Shown here: in pieces, positions 50,101-57,260 of the stretch
Layout: the number at the start of each line of letters is the position of its first letter
Position numbering within the stretch: position 1 is the stretch's first letter
NCBI GenBank assembly: GCA_963676835.2
Contig: CAXXFF010000002.1
Location: forward strand, 160,001 to 224,000
Direction of reading: 5' to 3'
Source of the DNA: Marispirochaeta sp.
GTDB lineage: Bacteria > Spirochaetota > Spirochaetia > JC444 > Marispirochaetaceae
DNA length: 64,000 bases
Notes under the pieces: generated by a model
Seen by the model: the letters and a program-made list of their open reading frames with translations, nothing else
Told to the model about the DNA's origin: nothing
Database searches by the model: none
Made by a program: the position numbers and the translations under genes

Positions 50101-51866
50101 ATATAACTGTTGGTGGTTACAGAGACAGTACTTATAAGGGCAGTATCAATGACGTTCCAGGTTACGCCGTTGTCATAGGAAAGTTCCAGGTATCCTGAAG
50201 ATTCGGTACCCCCTGCAGTAATTTGCAGGTTATCAATAACTATGGTATCTCCGTTTGCAAAACTGGCCGCCGGGTCCATTGTAAGTATTGTTGAACCGAC
50301 TATACTGGAATTATCAACACCGATCGTACCGGCGGCAAAGGTTTGCCCACCAACAAAGGTAGCGTCCAGAGATGAAGGAATTGCAACCTGCAGGCGCTCA
50401 GTGGTACCGGTCCCGTCAATTGTCGAGGGGCCTTCTTCCGTGATGGTAATTGAAGGAAGAGTAACCGTACCGAGTAGATTGATGCTGGTATTTCCTGAGG
50501 TACGAAGGGTTGGTAAAGGATCAGCCACAAAATCAATATCCGCAGTCTCGTTGGGACTGGCAAAAACAGTTACCGAAACTGTTACCGTTTCTGCAGTTCC
50601 GTCTATAACACCTACAGTTGCCAGTCCGTCTGCGTCGGTAGTTACCGCCTGGCTCTGAGCGTCAGCAACATCAACACCATTCACATAACTTATAGTCGCA
50701 TTTCCGTCTACATTGACAGTAATGGACATGGAGTAGGGAAGAGCCGTACCGTTTGCATCAAGGATCTGCAGGGTAACGGTTTCCAGATCTGAACTATCAT
50801 TAATTCCCACACCATCTTCAGCGTTGACTGCAACAGAGTCGGGAGCTGTCAGGGTAAGCGCTGCGGAGTAGGCCCTTACCACGCCGTCATTGGTATCAAA
50901 ATTGGAGGCTGTACTGCCGTTATCAAGGGAGAAAAAAATCTCCGCAGCATCCTCATAGCCGGAACCGCTTCCTTCAAAAAGCTCGAACATCCAGCTGCCG
51001 TTAGTTTCAAAAGTAGTAATGGTTACATAATCTTCAGTGGCATCTGCCGGGTAGTTTGTTGCCCCTCCATCCAGATCGGCACCAGTGATAACCGAAGCAG
51101 TGGATTTGTTATATAGATTACCGGTGTTACCATTTGAATCAAAGTCCCACCCATGGACTCCCAGGTCTTCTGTATCCATAGAATTGGAAACAAAGGGGTA
51201 AATAGTCCAGTCTACTGCCGCCCCGTTTCTTTCCGCGTTATAGATAGGCCAGGAATAGGCAAAACTACGGACACCGCTTATCTGGGTAGGAATACCGCTG
51301 TTGAGACGGGAAATGTCAAGCTGAAAGGCGTTCTTGTAGTTTCCTCCATTGGCTGCAGCATCAACCACGACCTTGAAATAGACCTTCGACCCAATGGTCT
51401 CGCCATCAGCAAGTTTTATCCCGCTAAAGTAGGTCCAGTGAGAGGACTCACCCCCTGTTATGTTATAAGCAGCAGTATTGTCTGCGGTGAAAGAATCAAT
51501 ATAGACTCCGCTCGATGCCTGTGTCAGGTTTGCAAAGTTTCTCTGTCTGGCAGTAGAATCTGTCAGAACTCCGTCACCACCAAATAGATAAAAGTCGGTA
51601 GAACCTGCATTCTGATCAGGAACAACGCCGTCACTGCCTGCATCGTTCACACCGATATAAATCAAATCATTAGGATCCACCGCATCAGAGGGAATCTCAA
51701 AAAAGAAAACAGCAAATAAATCGGTACTTCCAGTCCCTAAAGTAGACGCTTGCTGCAGCCAGTTTGCACTTTCAGCAGGAATGTTACTTTGTCCCCATAC
51801 GATGAGTGAGGAGAAAAGAAAAAATGCGGCAAGCAAAAAGAACTTTAATCTGCGAACAGACGGCAC
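38172..51866 (-). CDS. Giant (4564 aa) secreted beta-helix repeat protein / putative adhesin with C-terminal FlgD-Ig domain
   Basis: GTG start, Sec signal peptide, Ig-like segment, WTG..NW motif, long G/T/A/D/S-rich beta-strand repeats; ends TILNNVI.P...WDGTNRGG..VARGIYFIRV...RKVMIVK. Confidence 0.88.
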   Translation of the reverse strand: MPSVRRLKFFLLAAFFLFSSLIVWGQSNIPAESANWLQQASTLGTGSTDLFAVFFFEIPSDAVDPNDLIYIGVNDAGSDGVVPDQNAGSTDFYLFGGDGVLTDSTARQRNFANLTQASSGVYIDSFTADNTAAYNITGGESSHWTYFSGIKLADGETIGSKVYFKVVVDAAANGGNYKNAFQLDISRLNSGIPTQISGVRSFAYSWPIYNAERNGAAVDWTIYPFVSNSMDTEDLGVHGWDFDSNGNTGNLYNKSTASVITGADLDGGATNYPADATEDYVTITTFETNGSWMFELFEGSGSGYEDAAEIFFSLDNGSTASNFDTNDGVVRAYSAALTLTAPDSVAVNAEDGVGINDSSDLETVTLQILDANGTALPYSMSITVNVDGNATISYVNGVDVADAQSQAVTTDADGLATVGVIDGTAETVTVSVTVFASPNETADIDFVADPLPTLRTSGNTSINLLGTVTLPSITITEEGPSTIDGTGTTERLQVAIPSSLDATFVGGQTFAAGTIGVDNSSIVGSTILTMDPAASFANGDTIVIDNLQITAGGTESSGYLELSYDNGVTWNVIDTALISTVSVTTNSYIWTGGGFDGDFSNNVNWSPVGIPNTTADSIYIPGGLGSYPDLDSGGGVSPTVGQVIIEAGATFDVGAETFTIGNDLFIDGAMTVGTGTLSVGDDTSGSGSIDGGTGSVTFTGDLLIDTYTATSGTTSVGGDFAPTTFTHSSGTVQFNGTGAQSVTSGGNAFNTMVLNKTGGSITFNDALTISTGLSVGAGVAFDLSFNADTGGQTSSIAGNTTLSNTGTTTFGSAAGDSITFTGGLTATAGVKSLAGSLLSEAGVIDLDTTALTLTATTAIDATSNGNPAGANITVGSITGGFDLTVNGGTGGTVSSTATWGAATDLASLNLDAAGFTQGSTVEAAGLIDIAVSAGLSLTNLISSTGGNVNITSSGGSITDGSGAETALVSGATVSLNAVSGAIGAAAAGDVEVTITTALNADTSTAGGDIYLSTTAAMPLGVIDAGTGSVILDSAGAVTDADGTADISGSVGTITAAGAVSADTDLTSLSVTTSAAGAIDISEADNITLTVVTANSGTIDVVSVAGNITVVDINDVSTISRVTLNAFGSIDDGAAAAEVISTRDLRLTAGSGITDLNVDVSNLAAETDTGNLSIIADNAINVTTVDTVAGITLIDSGAADSGAVITIQSGSTVTLTQPIINNDAGDITCTASTGNIIDNTGGETALFSGAAVNLNAVNGAIGGAGVLDIEVIAATELNGDTATGGGDIYLQSIGNLPVGLVTAGAGNISVTSSGTVLESANDVAADFVGASISLASAGNIGGANILETDATDLSITASVGTLVTVTNTNAAPVALNQLSQPGGTLTFSQTGGGLLNIPASADIDSSAVTGGDIFITGANGIVVDSAVNSFTTAGGGSGTLTLHEGVDLGFAPTLGAGDIDLDGSSGAVVFSADITISGSWTVSVDDDIDIAADITAAGAGSNLTLISDFDNDGSGGVRIQAAGSITAGQNISIEGSSFTAVPANAFMVVNNPGAVSITAGVNGAGTFDFTPRFWVADTNVSLADGIVSTSGGAVSISSYGDILLSNAESDITSNGALVTLAADSDGNNTGGIDMSLTTSVITAGAGGITFTADDDILLGTLSATGGAVSVTSVGGNINGRGDDGVADISGATISLTSTAGSIGNATVIDVTGTTSVAATAGTDISFDSIGDLLLGAVSAPGGTVIIDSTGDISDANGALDNVTSSVLTLTAVDDIGDISGGTGDVTGASTDALETAVSTLSATATGAGSEIAVDNTGTALAVSVLNPGNGSTGYTRITNDLAIDVNAMTIGNADNLGLVSSASTLELPDAAISTTGILYFSAAGDISDNTDTLLSNNTWAAGTLYFYGTGNDESISTNITNLTASMSGAADLTITETNGISLTSVVTANGSITVSAAGAISAVLVDSSAVSNDANDITLTSTGAGISVTEVLGGAGQLNDVILDAQGGAITDNGSTGITGNVLTADAAGSITVVAAVDNADLQTSAAGNISVTETDNITLTLIEPNNGDVSITASGGNITVVDINDIAGTNQVALTASGTIDDGVAAAEVISAQTLALTAGTGITDLNIAVGTVGAETDTGNLTLIETDALVIGTVATVTGVTLVDSGNADAGAAISIQAGTGITFNQAVVNNDAGDITVSSTAGSLIDGTGTETALVNGATVTLNAVNGAIGGAGVLDIEVTAATALNGDTSTGGGDIYLQSIGNLPVGLVDAGAGNISVSSSGTLLESVNDGAADFVGSSVIISAAGDIGGANILETDATDISLSASAGTLVTVTNTNAAAVDLNQLSQPGGILTFNQTGGGLLNIPASADIDSSAVTGGDIFITGANGIVVDSAVNSFTTSGGGGGTLTLHEGVDLGFAPTLGAGDIDLDGSSGAVVFSADITISGSWTVSVDDDIDIAADITAAGAGSNLTLISDFDNDGSGGVRIQAAGSITAGQNISIEGSSFTTVPANAFMVVNNPGAVSITAGVNGAGTFDFTPRAPVADTDVSLGDGIVSTSGGAVSISSYGDILLSNAESDITSNGALVTLAADSDGNNTGGIDMSLTTSVITAGAGGITFTADDDILLGTLSATGGAVSVTSVGGNINGRGDDGVADISGATISLTSTAGSIGNATVIDVTGTTSVAATAGTDISFDSIGDLLLGAVSAPGGTVIIDSTGDISDANGALDNVTSSVLTLTAVDDIGDISGGTGDVTGASTDALETAVSTLSATATGAGSEIAVDNTGTALAVSVLNPGNGSTGYTRITNDLAIDVNAMTIGNADNLGLVSSTSTLELPDAAISTTGTLYFSAVGDISDNTDTLLSNNTWGAGTLYFYGGVTESISTNITNLTAAMNGAADLTITETNGISLTSVVTANGSITVSAAGAISAVLVDSSAVSNDANDITLTSTGAGISVTEVLGGAGQLNDVILDAQGGAITDNGSTGITGNVLTADAAGSITVVAAVDNADLQTSAAGNISVTETDNITLTLIEPNNGDVSITASGGNITVVDINDIAGTNQVALTASGTIDDGVAAAEVISAQTLALTAGTGITDLNIAVGTVGAETDTGNLTLIETDALVIGTVATVTGVTLVDSGNADAGAAISIQAGTGITFNQAVVNNDAGDITVSSTAGSLIDGTGTETALVNGATVTLNAVNGAIGGAGVLDIEVTAATALNGDTSTGGGDIYLQSIGNLPVGLVDAGTGDVSITGNGAVSDALADGASDIDAGALTISAANGIALDTAVTSLDLTNSTANAIDIDETDNVDVAGISQTGGGIVTLDTTAGDITVTVAGSGITGDGGQITLTAAVDINLGNNISNPAGNITLASNIIMIGDATVSSAGIGDIQFSGDIDADDNTVNDRMLQADSGTGNLQVIGDIGTAANGEMHHLDFDGADITLASIGSAAQNGVDGAAGTNIDVQSTGTIFLNGQYYKCAQNQRYFSTVYDVRIDLSGNGEIGVHGGGTTELTNFSSVFIDSAGDTIDFHCDLSVSRDFVLYNGTIDTNSHDITVIRDFVAFGSGANAGIPIAAAAVLDDPDTDAGDTDNDYPDRASLAYSVAPAYTGSLGDLGTSTIDVTGDFFVNGADLVNGDLDLQDVSGSDRTGGGWGSVYNVVLNATVDNTTVTAGVIAASSPSAVVNTVNNNNTAVANTPTDAETLAYARGFDFTAPRINTAQTVSDRVLEIAFTESLYNVNSEILASNILIDGETTAFDTIGTGYVTNTPNGALGVSAATLYLAELGTPVTWNSDATGTSAGDAAGMVSTDWDGTAQSVVPDVAIVKGDYYDLGGNKIANYSTATAAGDVLYTATADGCDPVLLAVYAGRENQDVADHRNFHNYFRLIYSEAVDLPTIAAGVNTAADGLRATSYTGSELGGYINGAGTVTVAGYFSYTGTVSTGTRDATSQTDAFYRLIGRDQEVEIVLTGYRDVTGLYQGYITSATDPVGAAGFSIVANTNITDAAGNSFSASDSTAAAILGEIDNTIGNAGWDVDPPQIAAHVPGGVASGYYEIVTKDTDLNTVTDRVEIHIFDCPVEDLSDYNGLGSSFDSDTDHPDVESLPGYPRGVRDNTLQQAGVSAAFGLSRSLGGGVNNLDPAVAFLTNVTDNGAASLFQGPVNTADDPYFSITFGEAGGFTDLDDIYLSYNSSGLITDLAGNLLQTATDLHCMERTPPRILYSLAVVGDDKIYVKFSEPVWNDALTSTDIIATDFTVTGFTVSSVTILSREIGGAKEAYLNLNANIVEDDIFTQTISMIVEDKVTNVTDIGVTHRISDIGLGVITPVWASDGLHDDSSYGGGFYTIRDFSGGGKVMDRDVTLEADILSTTAAGYGTTLILDADPPASTLVNGFWLPVLIPEFNPAANLNARALSSISTAGSLRDFLIPSGDVDMVAGKDLELLFKLGNLYCARSLDPEDPRDIAPWILPVRDLTRQTAGVTILNNVIKPSTGELAVLNYEVPETGMVTITVFGLDGDVVNTLQRGVQAAGEHTVTWDGTNRGGLTVARGIYFIRVVGPDFDEYRKVMIVK
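42136..47958. repeat. 2.91-kb tandem duplication inside the giant gene (copies ~42136-45045 and ~45046-47958; diverged partial third copy to ~48700)
   Basis: Offsets of 2910 and 2913 nt; shadow ORFs at 42199/45109 and 42427/45337 translate identically. Confidence 0.95.
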
Positions 51867-52110
51867 AGTATTCCCCTTAATTTACTACAGACACATAAAC
51901 CATATGAATTTAACATACTCTTTTGAATTTTTCTAAACCATTAATCAGGTATTTATTATTTATAAGCAAAGAATTAAGGATAAAGTCGCAATACCCGGAC
52001 TGTATCCACATGTTCTTATGGAATTTACAAAAAAGATACAGTATCACCCATATTTTCGGCAGAGATTGTCAATAAATGGAATTCCCGGGTTATAGTCTGA
52101 GCAGACAAAG

Positions 52111-53184
52111 TCAGGGGACAAGAAAAACTGCTATGCCTATCGAAGTTGTACCCGACTCAAGAACCTGTAATATACCATTCTTCCAGTATACCGCCTCAGT
52201 AGTCCCTGGTTGTGTCTGGGTACCCGAAGCATACACATCTCCATTTTCCACCATCACAGAGTATGCAGTTGTCGGGTAGGTAGAAATTTCCCCTGCAAGA
52301 TCTGCCTGCCCGGACGCATCATTCAGCCAGACAGCGGCACGTCTTCCGGAAATTGAAGCATTGTAATAGTCCCCTGCGACATAGATTCCATCGACACCTG
52401 CCCAAATGCCATATGCCTGTCCCGCTATAGTGTTTAAACGGGCTTCTGTGATAACTCCCTCCACCCAGAAGGCTGCAGAATTAACAGCAGGTGATGAAGT
52501 AAAATAACGGCCAGCAAAGTAGGCTTTACCGTTGTAGTAATACACACCCTCGGCATTTGAACCAGCAGAACCACTGAGGAACTCTTCACCTGCGGAATTG
52601 TCAATCCAGTAAGCCCCAAGCTGAGAACTTGATACACCACAGATATAGACCCCACCAGATCCATCAAGCTGGATATCTGAAGCCCTGGCGTAGTCCCCGC
52701 TATGAAGAACCGTCTCCCCGGTTGATCCATTATCTATCCAGTAAACTGCCTTATTTGAGATTGTACCATTATAATAGTAGCCGGAAACATACACTGAACT
52801 GCCGGAGTCGACTGTAATACCTGTAGCCCGGGCATTTACCCCGAGATCGCTGCTGATAACACCGTCTTTCCAGTACACTGCCACTTCGACATCGGATGCG
52901 TTAGTGTAGTAGCCGGACACATGGATACTACCCAAACCATCAACAAAAATATCTGTTGCACCGGAATCTTTTGCTGTGGCAACTGAAAGATCCGTTCTCA
53001 CAACGGTTCCATTATCCGTCCAGTAACAGGCAACATCATAAGAGCCGTTGTTGTAGGAGCCCGCCACATACACCGTAAGAGTACCGTCGCCGGTTCCACC
53101 CCCGCCACTGCTGCCGTCGGAAGGACTTAAATTGCAAGATAAGATTAGAAAGGGTATAAGCAAAAAAATGGATACGATTTTCAC
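52111..53184 (-). CDS. Lipoprotein with seven (V/I)YVxG...AxYW repeats, probable beta-propeller
   Basis: Start taken at GTG 53184 (GGAGG RBS); lipobox ILSC; Gly/Ser linker; 7 repeats. Confidence 0.78.
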   Translation of the reverse strand: MKIVSIFLLIPFLILSCNLSPSDGSSGGGGTGDGTLTVYVAGSYNNGSYDVACYWTDNGTVVRTDLSVATAKDSGATDIFVDGLGSIHVSGYYTNASDVEVAVYWKDGVISSDLGVNARATGITVDSGSSVYVSGYYYNGTISNKAVYWIDNGSTGETVLHSGDYARASDIQLDGSGGVYICGVSSSQLGAYWIDNSAGEEFLSGSAGSNAEGVYYYNGKAYFAGRYFTSSPAVNSAAFWVEGVITEARLNTIAGQAYGIWAGVDGIYVAGDYYNASISGRRAAVWLNDASGQADLAGEISTYPTTAYSVMVENGDVYASGTQTQPGTTEAVYWKNGILQVLESGTTSIGIAVFLVP

Positions 53185-53510
53185 AGGCCTGCCTCCCAGG
53201 TGATCCCGGCAAGCCCGCTGCTGTCTGATCTGTGGAATGGGGAGATCCTGTGACAAGCGGATCACTGTACCAGAGGAGATGGAAAATTGTGCCTCCGGTA
53301 GGTTAAATATATCCCTGTTGAAAGGGTTTTTCAAAGAATTGGGGTACTCTCAAACCCGGGGAACAGCTTTCTCAGAAGTTTTAACCATGATGCCTAAGTG
53401 TATGGCATTCAGGCATCAATGTTTAAAATCGCAATAAGGAGATCACCTCATCCTTTGACCCGCTTCCCCCACTCTGCTACATTTAAGCAAGAACCATACA
53501 CGAGGTATCC

Positions 53511-54782
53511 ATGACCGAAACCGTCTTCCCCGTCCAGGGCCTGAAAGGTGAAATAACCATCCCCGGATCAAAGTCCCACACAATCCGGGCTCTTATAATT
53601 GCGACCCTTGCAGAAGGTGAAAGTATTCTGCGCCAGCCCCTGGATTCTGCGGATACCCGCTCCTGTATAGATGTCTGCCGGGCACTGGGGGCGGAAATCC
53701 TCACCGACAGGGAGGGAATTGAGGACGGCCTCTGGAAGGTTACCGGCACCGGAGGAAAACTCACATCACCTTCCGATGAGATAGACGTGGGAAACTCCGG
53801 CACCTCCCTCTATATCGGAGCAGGAACAGCGGCTCTGGCGACAGACACAATCCGCTTTACCGGGGATTCCCAGATTCGCTCCCGCCCGGTGCAGCCCCTG
53901 CTGGAAGCCCTCAAGGATCTCGGTGCGGAAACTGAATCGAAAAAGAAGAACGGCTGCGCGCCGTTTTCCGTTAAGGGACCCTTGAAAGGCGGGTACACAA
54001 GCATTGAATGCCCAACAAGCCAGTACCTTTCAAGCCTGCTTCTATCAGCGCCCCTTGCGTCGGGTGATTCGGAAATAACCGTACCGCTCCTGCACGAAAA
54101 GCCATATGTAGAGATGACTCTCCACTGGCTGGACAGGCAGAAGATTGAATACATGAACCACGATTTCCGCGTGTTCACCGTCCGGGGAGGACAGCAGTTC
54201 ACCCCTTTCGATGAGTCAATTCCCGGAGACTTTTCCACTGCCACATTCTTTATGTGCGCTGCAGCTGTTACTGGGTCTTCAATAACCCTGCACAACCTTG
54301 ACATGCAAGACCCCCAGGGAGACAAGGAAGTGGCGGATATCCTTTCCCGCATGGGCTGTTCAGTGAAAAAGAACGACCACAGCCTGACCATCCAGGGAAA
54401 GCCGATGAAAGGCCAGGTAATCGATATGAACGCTATTCCCGATGCCCTCCCCGCCATGGCAGTAACCGCCTGCTATGCGGAAGGAACCACCGAACTGGTT
54501 AATGTTCCCCAGGCACGGCTTAAGGAGACTGACCGCATTGCCGTAATGTGCCGGGAGCTGAAAAAATGCGGAGCCGATATTGAAGAACGCCCCGACGGCC
54601 TGGTTATCCGGCACTCACCCTTAAAAGGCGGGAATGTTGAAAGCCACGGCGACCATCGGGTGGCTATGTCCATGGCGGTGGGCGCCCTGTCAGCGGAGAG
54701 ACCCATAGCAATCGAAAACGCCGAGGCTGTGGCGGTTACCGTACCGGAGTTCTTTCCCCTGCTGACAAAGCTGTACGCATAA
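53511..54782 (+). CDS. aroA: 3-phosphoshikimate 1-carboxyvinyltransferase
   Basis: PGSKS, GNSGT, SQYLSSLL, RLKETDRI, DHRVAM. Confidence 0.96.
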   Translation: MTETVFPVQGLKGEITIPGSKSHTIRALIIATLAEGESILRQPLDSADTRSCIDVCRALGAEILTDREGIEDGLWKVTGTGGKLTSPSDEIDVGNSGTSLYIGAGTAALATDTIRFTGDSQIRSRPVQPLLEALKDLGAETESKKKNGCAPFSVKGPLKGGYTSIECPTSQYLSSLLLSAPLASGDSEITVPLLHEKPYVEMTLHWLDRQKIEYMNHDFRVFTVRGGQQFTPFDESIPGDFSTATFFMCAAAVTGSSITLHNLDMQDPQGDKEVADILSRMGCSVKKNDHSLTIQGKPMKGQVIDMNAIPDALPAMAVTACYAEGTTELVNVPQARLKETDRIAVMCRELKKCGADIEERPDGLVIRHSPLKGGNVESHGDHRVAMSMAVGALSAERPIAIENAEAVAVTVPEFFPLLTKLYA

Positions 54783-54802
54783 AAAACATTAAGGAGATAC
54801 CC

Positions 54803-55828
54803 ATGAAAATATACGACCTGAGAAGCGATACCATTACCCGGCCTTCGGGAGAAATGCGCAAAGCCATGCACCGGGCGGACGTGGGAGATGATGTTTATGG
54901 TGAAGACCCTACAATAAATCTCCTTGAAGAGACAGCCGCAAAAATTATGGGCAAGAAGGCAGCTCTGTTTCTGCCCTCAGGGACCATGGGCAACCTTATT
55001 CCCCTCTATATTCAGTGCGGCAGGGGCAATGAGGTAATCCTTCACGAGAACAGCCACATTATGCACTATGAACTTTCTTCCGCCGCATCTCTCGCAGGAG
55101 TTATGCCCCGTCCGGTTGCCGGAGAACGGGGAATTTTTACTCCGGAAACCATTAAACCTCAGGTTCGCCCGGACATCTATTACATGGCACGAACCGCACT
55201 TATAGAAGTGGAAAATACCCATAACAAGGAAGGGGGCACCTGCTGGTCAGAAGAAGAGCTGTCTGATATTGCTAAATTTGCGAAGAAAACGGGAATACCG
55301 GTACATATGGACGGCGCACGGATCTTCAATGCAGCACTGCATACCGGTGTCCCGGCAAAGAAAATTGCCTCCTATGCCGAAACGGTAACCTTCTGTCTGT
55401 CAAAAGGATTAGGAGCTCCGGTGGGCAGCCTTCTCTGCGGCCCGGTTGATTTTATTGCCGAGGCCCGGCGGGTACGCAAGATGCTCGGCGGGGGGATGCG
55501 TCAGGCGGGAATTCTGGCTGCAGCTGGTCTCTATGCTCTGGAACACAACATTGAACGGCTGCGGGAGGATCACCTGAACGCACGAAAACTCGCAGAAGCC
55601 TTCTCTTCTGTAAGCTGGGCCAAGGTTGATGCGGCCAGTCTGGAAACCAATATCTTCTTTGTAGGTACCCCGGCAGGAAATGCCCAGGCCGTGGTTACTG
55701 CCCTTAAAAAGAAAGGAGTGCTCTGCTCCCCCGACGGCGACTTCCGCATCCGCTTTGTCACCTCCATGGAGGTAGGCAGTTCTGATATTCATGAGGTTTG
55801 CGGAATTGTGGAGAAGCTGAAGGTTTAG
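54803..55828 (+). CDS. ltaE: Low-specificity L-threonine aldolase
   Basis: DLRSDT, GDDVYGED, SGTMGN, HMDGARIFNA, CLSKGLGAPVGS, GGGMRQ. Confidence 0.94.
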   Translation: MKIYDLRSDTITRPSGEMRKAMHRADVGDDVYGEDPTINLLEETAAKIMGKKAALFLPSGTMGNLIPLYIQCGRGNEVILHENSHIMHYELSSAASLAGVMPRPVAGERGIFTPETIKPQVRPDIYYMARTALIEVENTHNKEGGTCWSEEELSDIAKFAKKTGIPVHMDGARIFNAALHTGVPAKKIASYAETVTFCLSKGLGAPVGSLLCGPVDFIAEARRVRKMLGGGMRQAGILAAAGLYALEHNIERLREDHLNARKLAEAFSSVSWAKVDAASLETNIFFVGTPAGNAQAVVTALKKKGVLCSPDGDFRIRFVTSMEVGSSDIHEVCGIVEKLKV

Positions 55829-55840
55829 ATCCGGCAGCAG

Positions 55841-56416
55841 CTATTCAAAAACCTTCTCAGTCTCAACCTCGGTGCTCAGCACATCTGACCGGACCTTTTC
55901 CCCCGGCTGATAGTAGTCAGGTTTCCCGTACTTACCGTTATCCTGCAGCCGGTAGACCATAATCCAGGGTACTTCCGTATTTACCAGCCAGTACTCCCGG
56001 ACACCGTGCTTTTCGTAGAGCCTCAACTTTGCATTCTGGTCTTTATAGCCGGTGGACTCAGAAAGAACTTCCACAACCAGATCGGGAGCCCCGACGGCAC
56101 CGCGCTCATCGAGACGGTCCTGACTGCAGAATACGGAAAGATCCGGCTGCACCACGGTGTATACCTTCTCGTCGGTCTCATCGGATTTCTCGGGAAAGCG
56201 TACATCAAAGGGAGCGATATAGGTACGGCAGGGTTTGCCGTCTGTAATGTCACACACAACCCGGAACAGCTGGCCCAGAACATCCTGATGCTTCCGCTTC
56301 GGAGCGGGGCTCATGCCGTAGGGGACACCGTCTATCAGTTCCCAGCGCTCTTCATCGGGCCAGGTCAGATAGTCCGCGTAGGAATAGGGAACATCTTTCA
56401 GCTTCGGAACAGCCAT
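55841..56416 (-). CDS. Uma2-family PD-(D/E)xK putative endonuclease
   Basis: WELIDG...MSPAP...HQ, VQPDL, PDLVVEVLS.ST, K..LY...GVREYWLV. Confidence 0.92.
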   Translation of the reverse strand: MAVPKLKDVPYSYADYLTWPDEERWELIDGVPYGMSPAPKRKHQDVLGQLFRVVCDITDGKPCRTYIAPFDVRFPEKSDETDEKVYTVVQPDLSVFCSQDRLDERGAVGAPDLVVEVLSESTGYKDQNAKLRLYEKHGVREYWLVNTEVPWIMVYRLQDNGKYGKPDYYQPGEKVRSDVLSTEVETEKVFE

Positions 56417-56462
56417 ACACTTCTCCTTATATGCATAGTATTACACAGTTTTGTGATGGTTC

Positions 56463-56801
56463 TCAAGTTGCAGAAATTCTTGAGAGAATATACTTGTTTA
56501 TAGAGACCCCCTCTTCGGCGGATTTGATAGCCAGGCTTTTATGTAGCTCCGGGGGAACCCTCAAGGTAAGATTGCCCTTGTATCTTTTCATTCCAAAGGG
56601 CTCTGGAATTTCTTCTCCATCTTCCTGCATCCATTCAATGGCTCCCCTAACAACCTCTTCAATCTCTTTCAAAGCAACACCGGAACTTTCACCGTGGGCA
56701 ATAAGAGACGGGAACTCCAGGCATTTTGCAATATGAGTACTATCTTCTTCCGACCACTCTACCCTGTAGGTATATTTATCAATTAAATCTTCACTGTTCA
56801 T
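56463..56801 (-). CDS. hicB: HicB-family antitoxin
   Basis: YTYRVEWSEED, EFPSL.AHG, C-terminal ribbon-helix-helix GNLTLRVPPELHKSL..AEEGVSIN; start taken at ATG 56801. Confidence 0.9.
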   Translation of the reverse strand: MNSEDLIDKYTYRVEWSEEDSTHIAKCLEFPSLIAHGESSGVALKEIEEVVRGAIEWMQEDGEEIPEPFGMKRYKGNLTLRVPPELHKSLAIKSAEEGVSINKYILSRISAT

Positions 56802-57024
56802 CAGCAGACTCCATTTTCTCAATGGCCTTTAAAACCATCTTCACCTGATACGGCTTTGCGTTCTTGCCGTCCTTCTGGATATTTATTCGGGGATCACCTT
56901 TCCATGGGGTTTTGAAGATATGGTGGCTCCCCCTGATCCTCGGTTCTCCGAAAAGCCCCGTACAGATCTTTAACAACTCACTGAATTTTACATTTTTAGA
57001 GTTTAACAACTTTGTATATTTCAT
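56791..57024 (-). CDS. hicA: HicA-family mRNA interferase toxin
   Basis: GSHHIFKTPW.GDPRINIQ...AKPYQVK; overlaps the hicB start. Confidence 0.88.
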   Translation of the reverse strand: MKYTKLLNSKNVKFSELLKICTGLFGEPRIRGSHHIFKTPWKGDPRINIQKDGKNAKPYQVKMVLKAIEKMESADEQ

Positions 57025-57087
57025 ACATAATGATAGCACATACGATATCATGCGTCAAATTTGAACTGTAAGAATATTTCCAGAAAG

Positions 57088-57238
57088 CCGCGGAATCCGA
57101 CCCTCACCCCCAAACCCCCTCTCCCAAAAGGCGAGGGGGCTTCCGATGTAAGGATGCTCATTTCTCCTCTAAGCTTACAAGGGCCGGGGGGTGAGGGCCA
57201 AAAAAAACCCCCGGCGTAAACCGGAGGCGTATAAACAG
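57088..57238. repeat. Direct repeat copy 1: CCCTCACCCC...GGGGTGAGGG palindromic element plus terminator
   Basis: Shares GAATCCGACCCTCACCCC, GGCGAGGG, GGGGGGTGAGGGCC and CCCCCGGCGTnAACCGGAGGCGTATAAACAG with 58827-58972. Confidence 0.9.
57200..57227 (-). terminator. Rho-independent terminator of the orphan lipoprotein gene
   Basis: Minus strand CCTCCGG-TTTACG-CCGGGGG followed by T8. Confidence 0.75.
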
Positions 57239-57260
57239 GCCTTAATCTCTCACGCGCTGC

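Noticed and set aside
53200..53300. c-di-GMP-I riboswitch before the propeller lipoprotein gene
   Set aside because: The 3' end GCAGCGGGCTTGCCG is suggestive, but the GGCAAA/GAAA P2 and GCAAA junction motifs are missing
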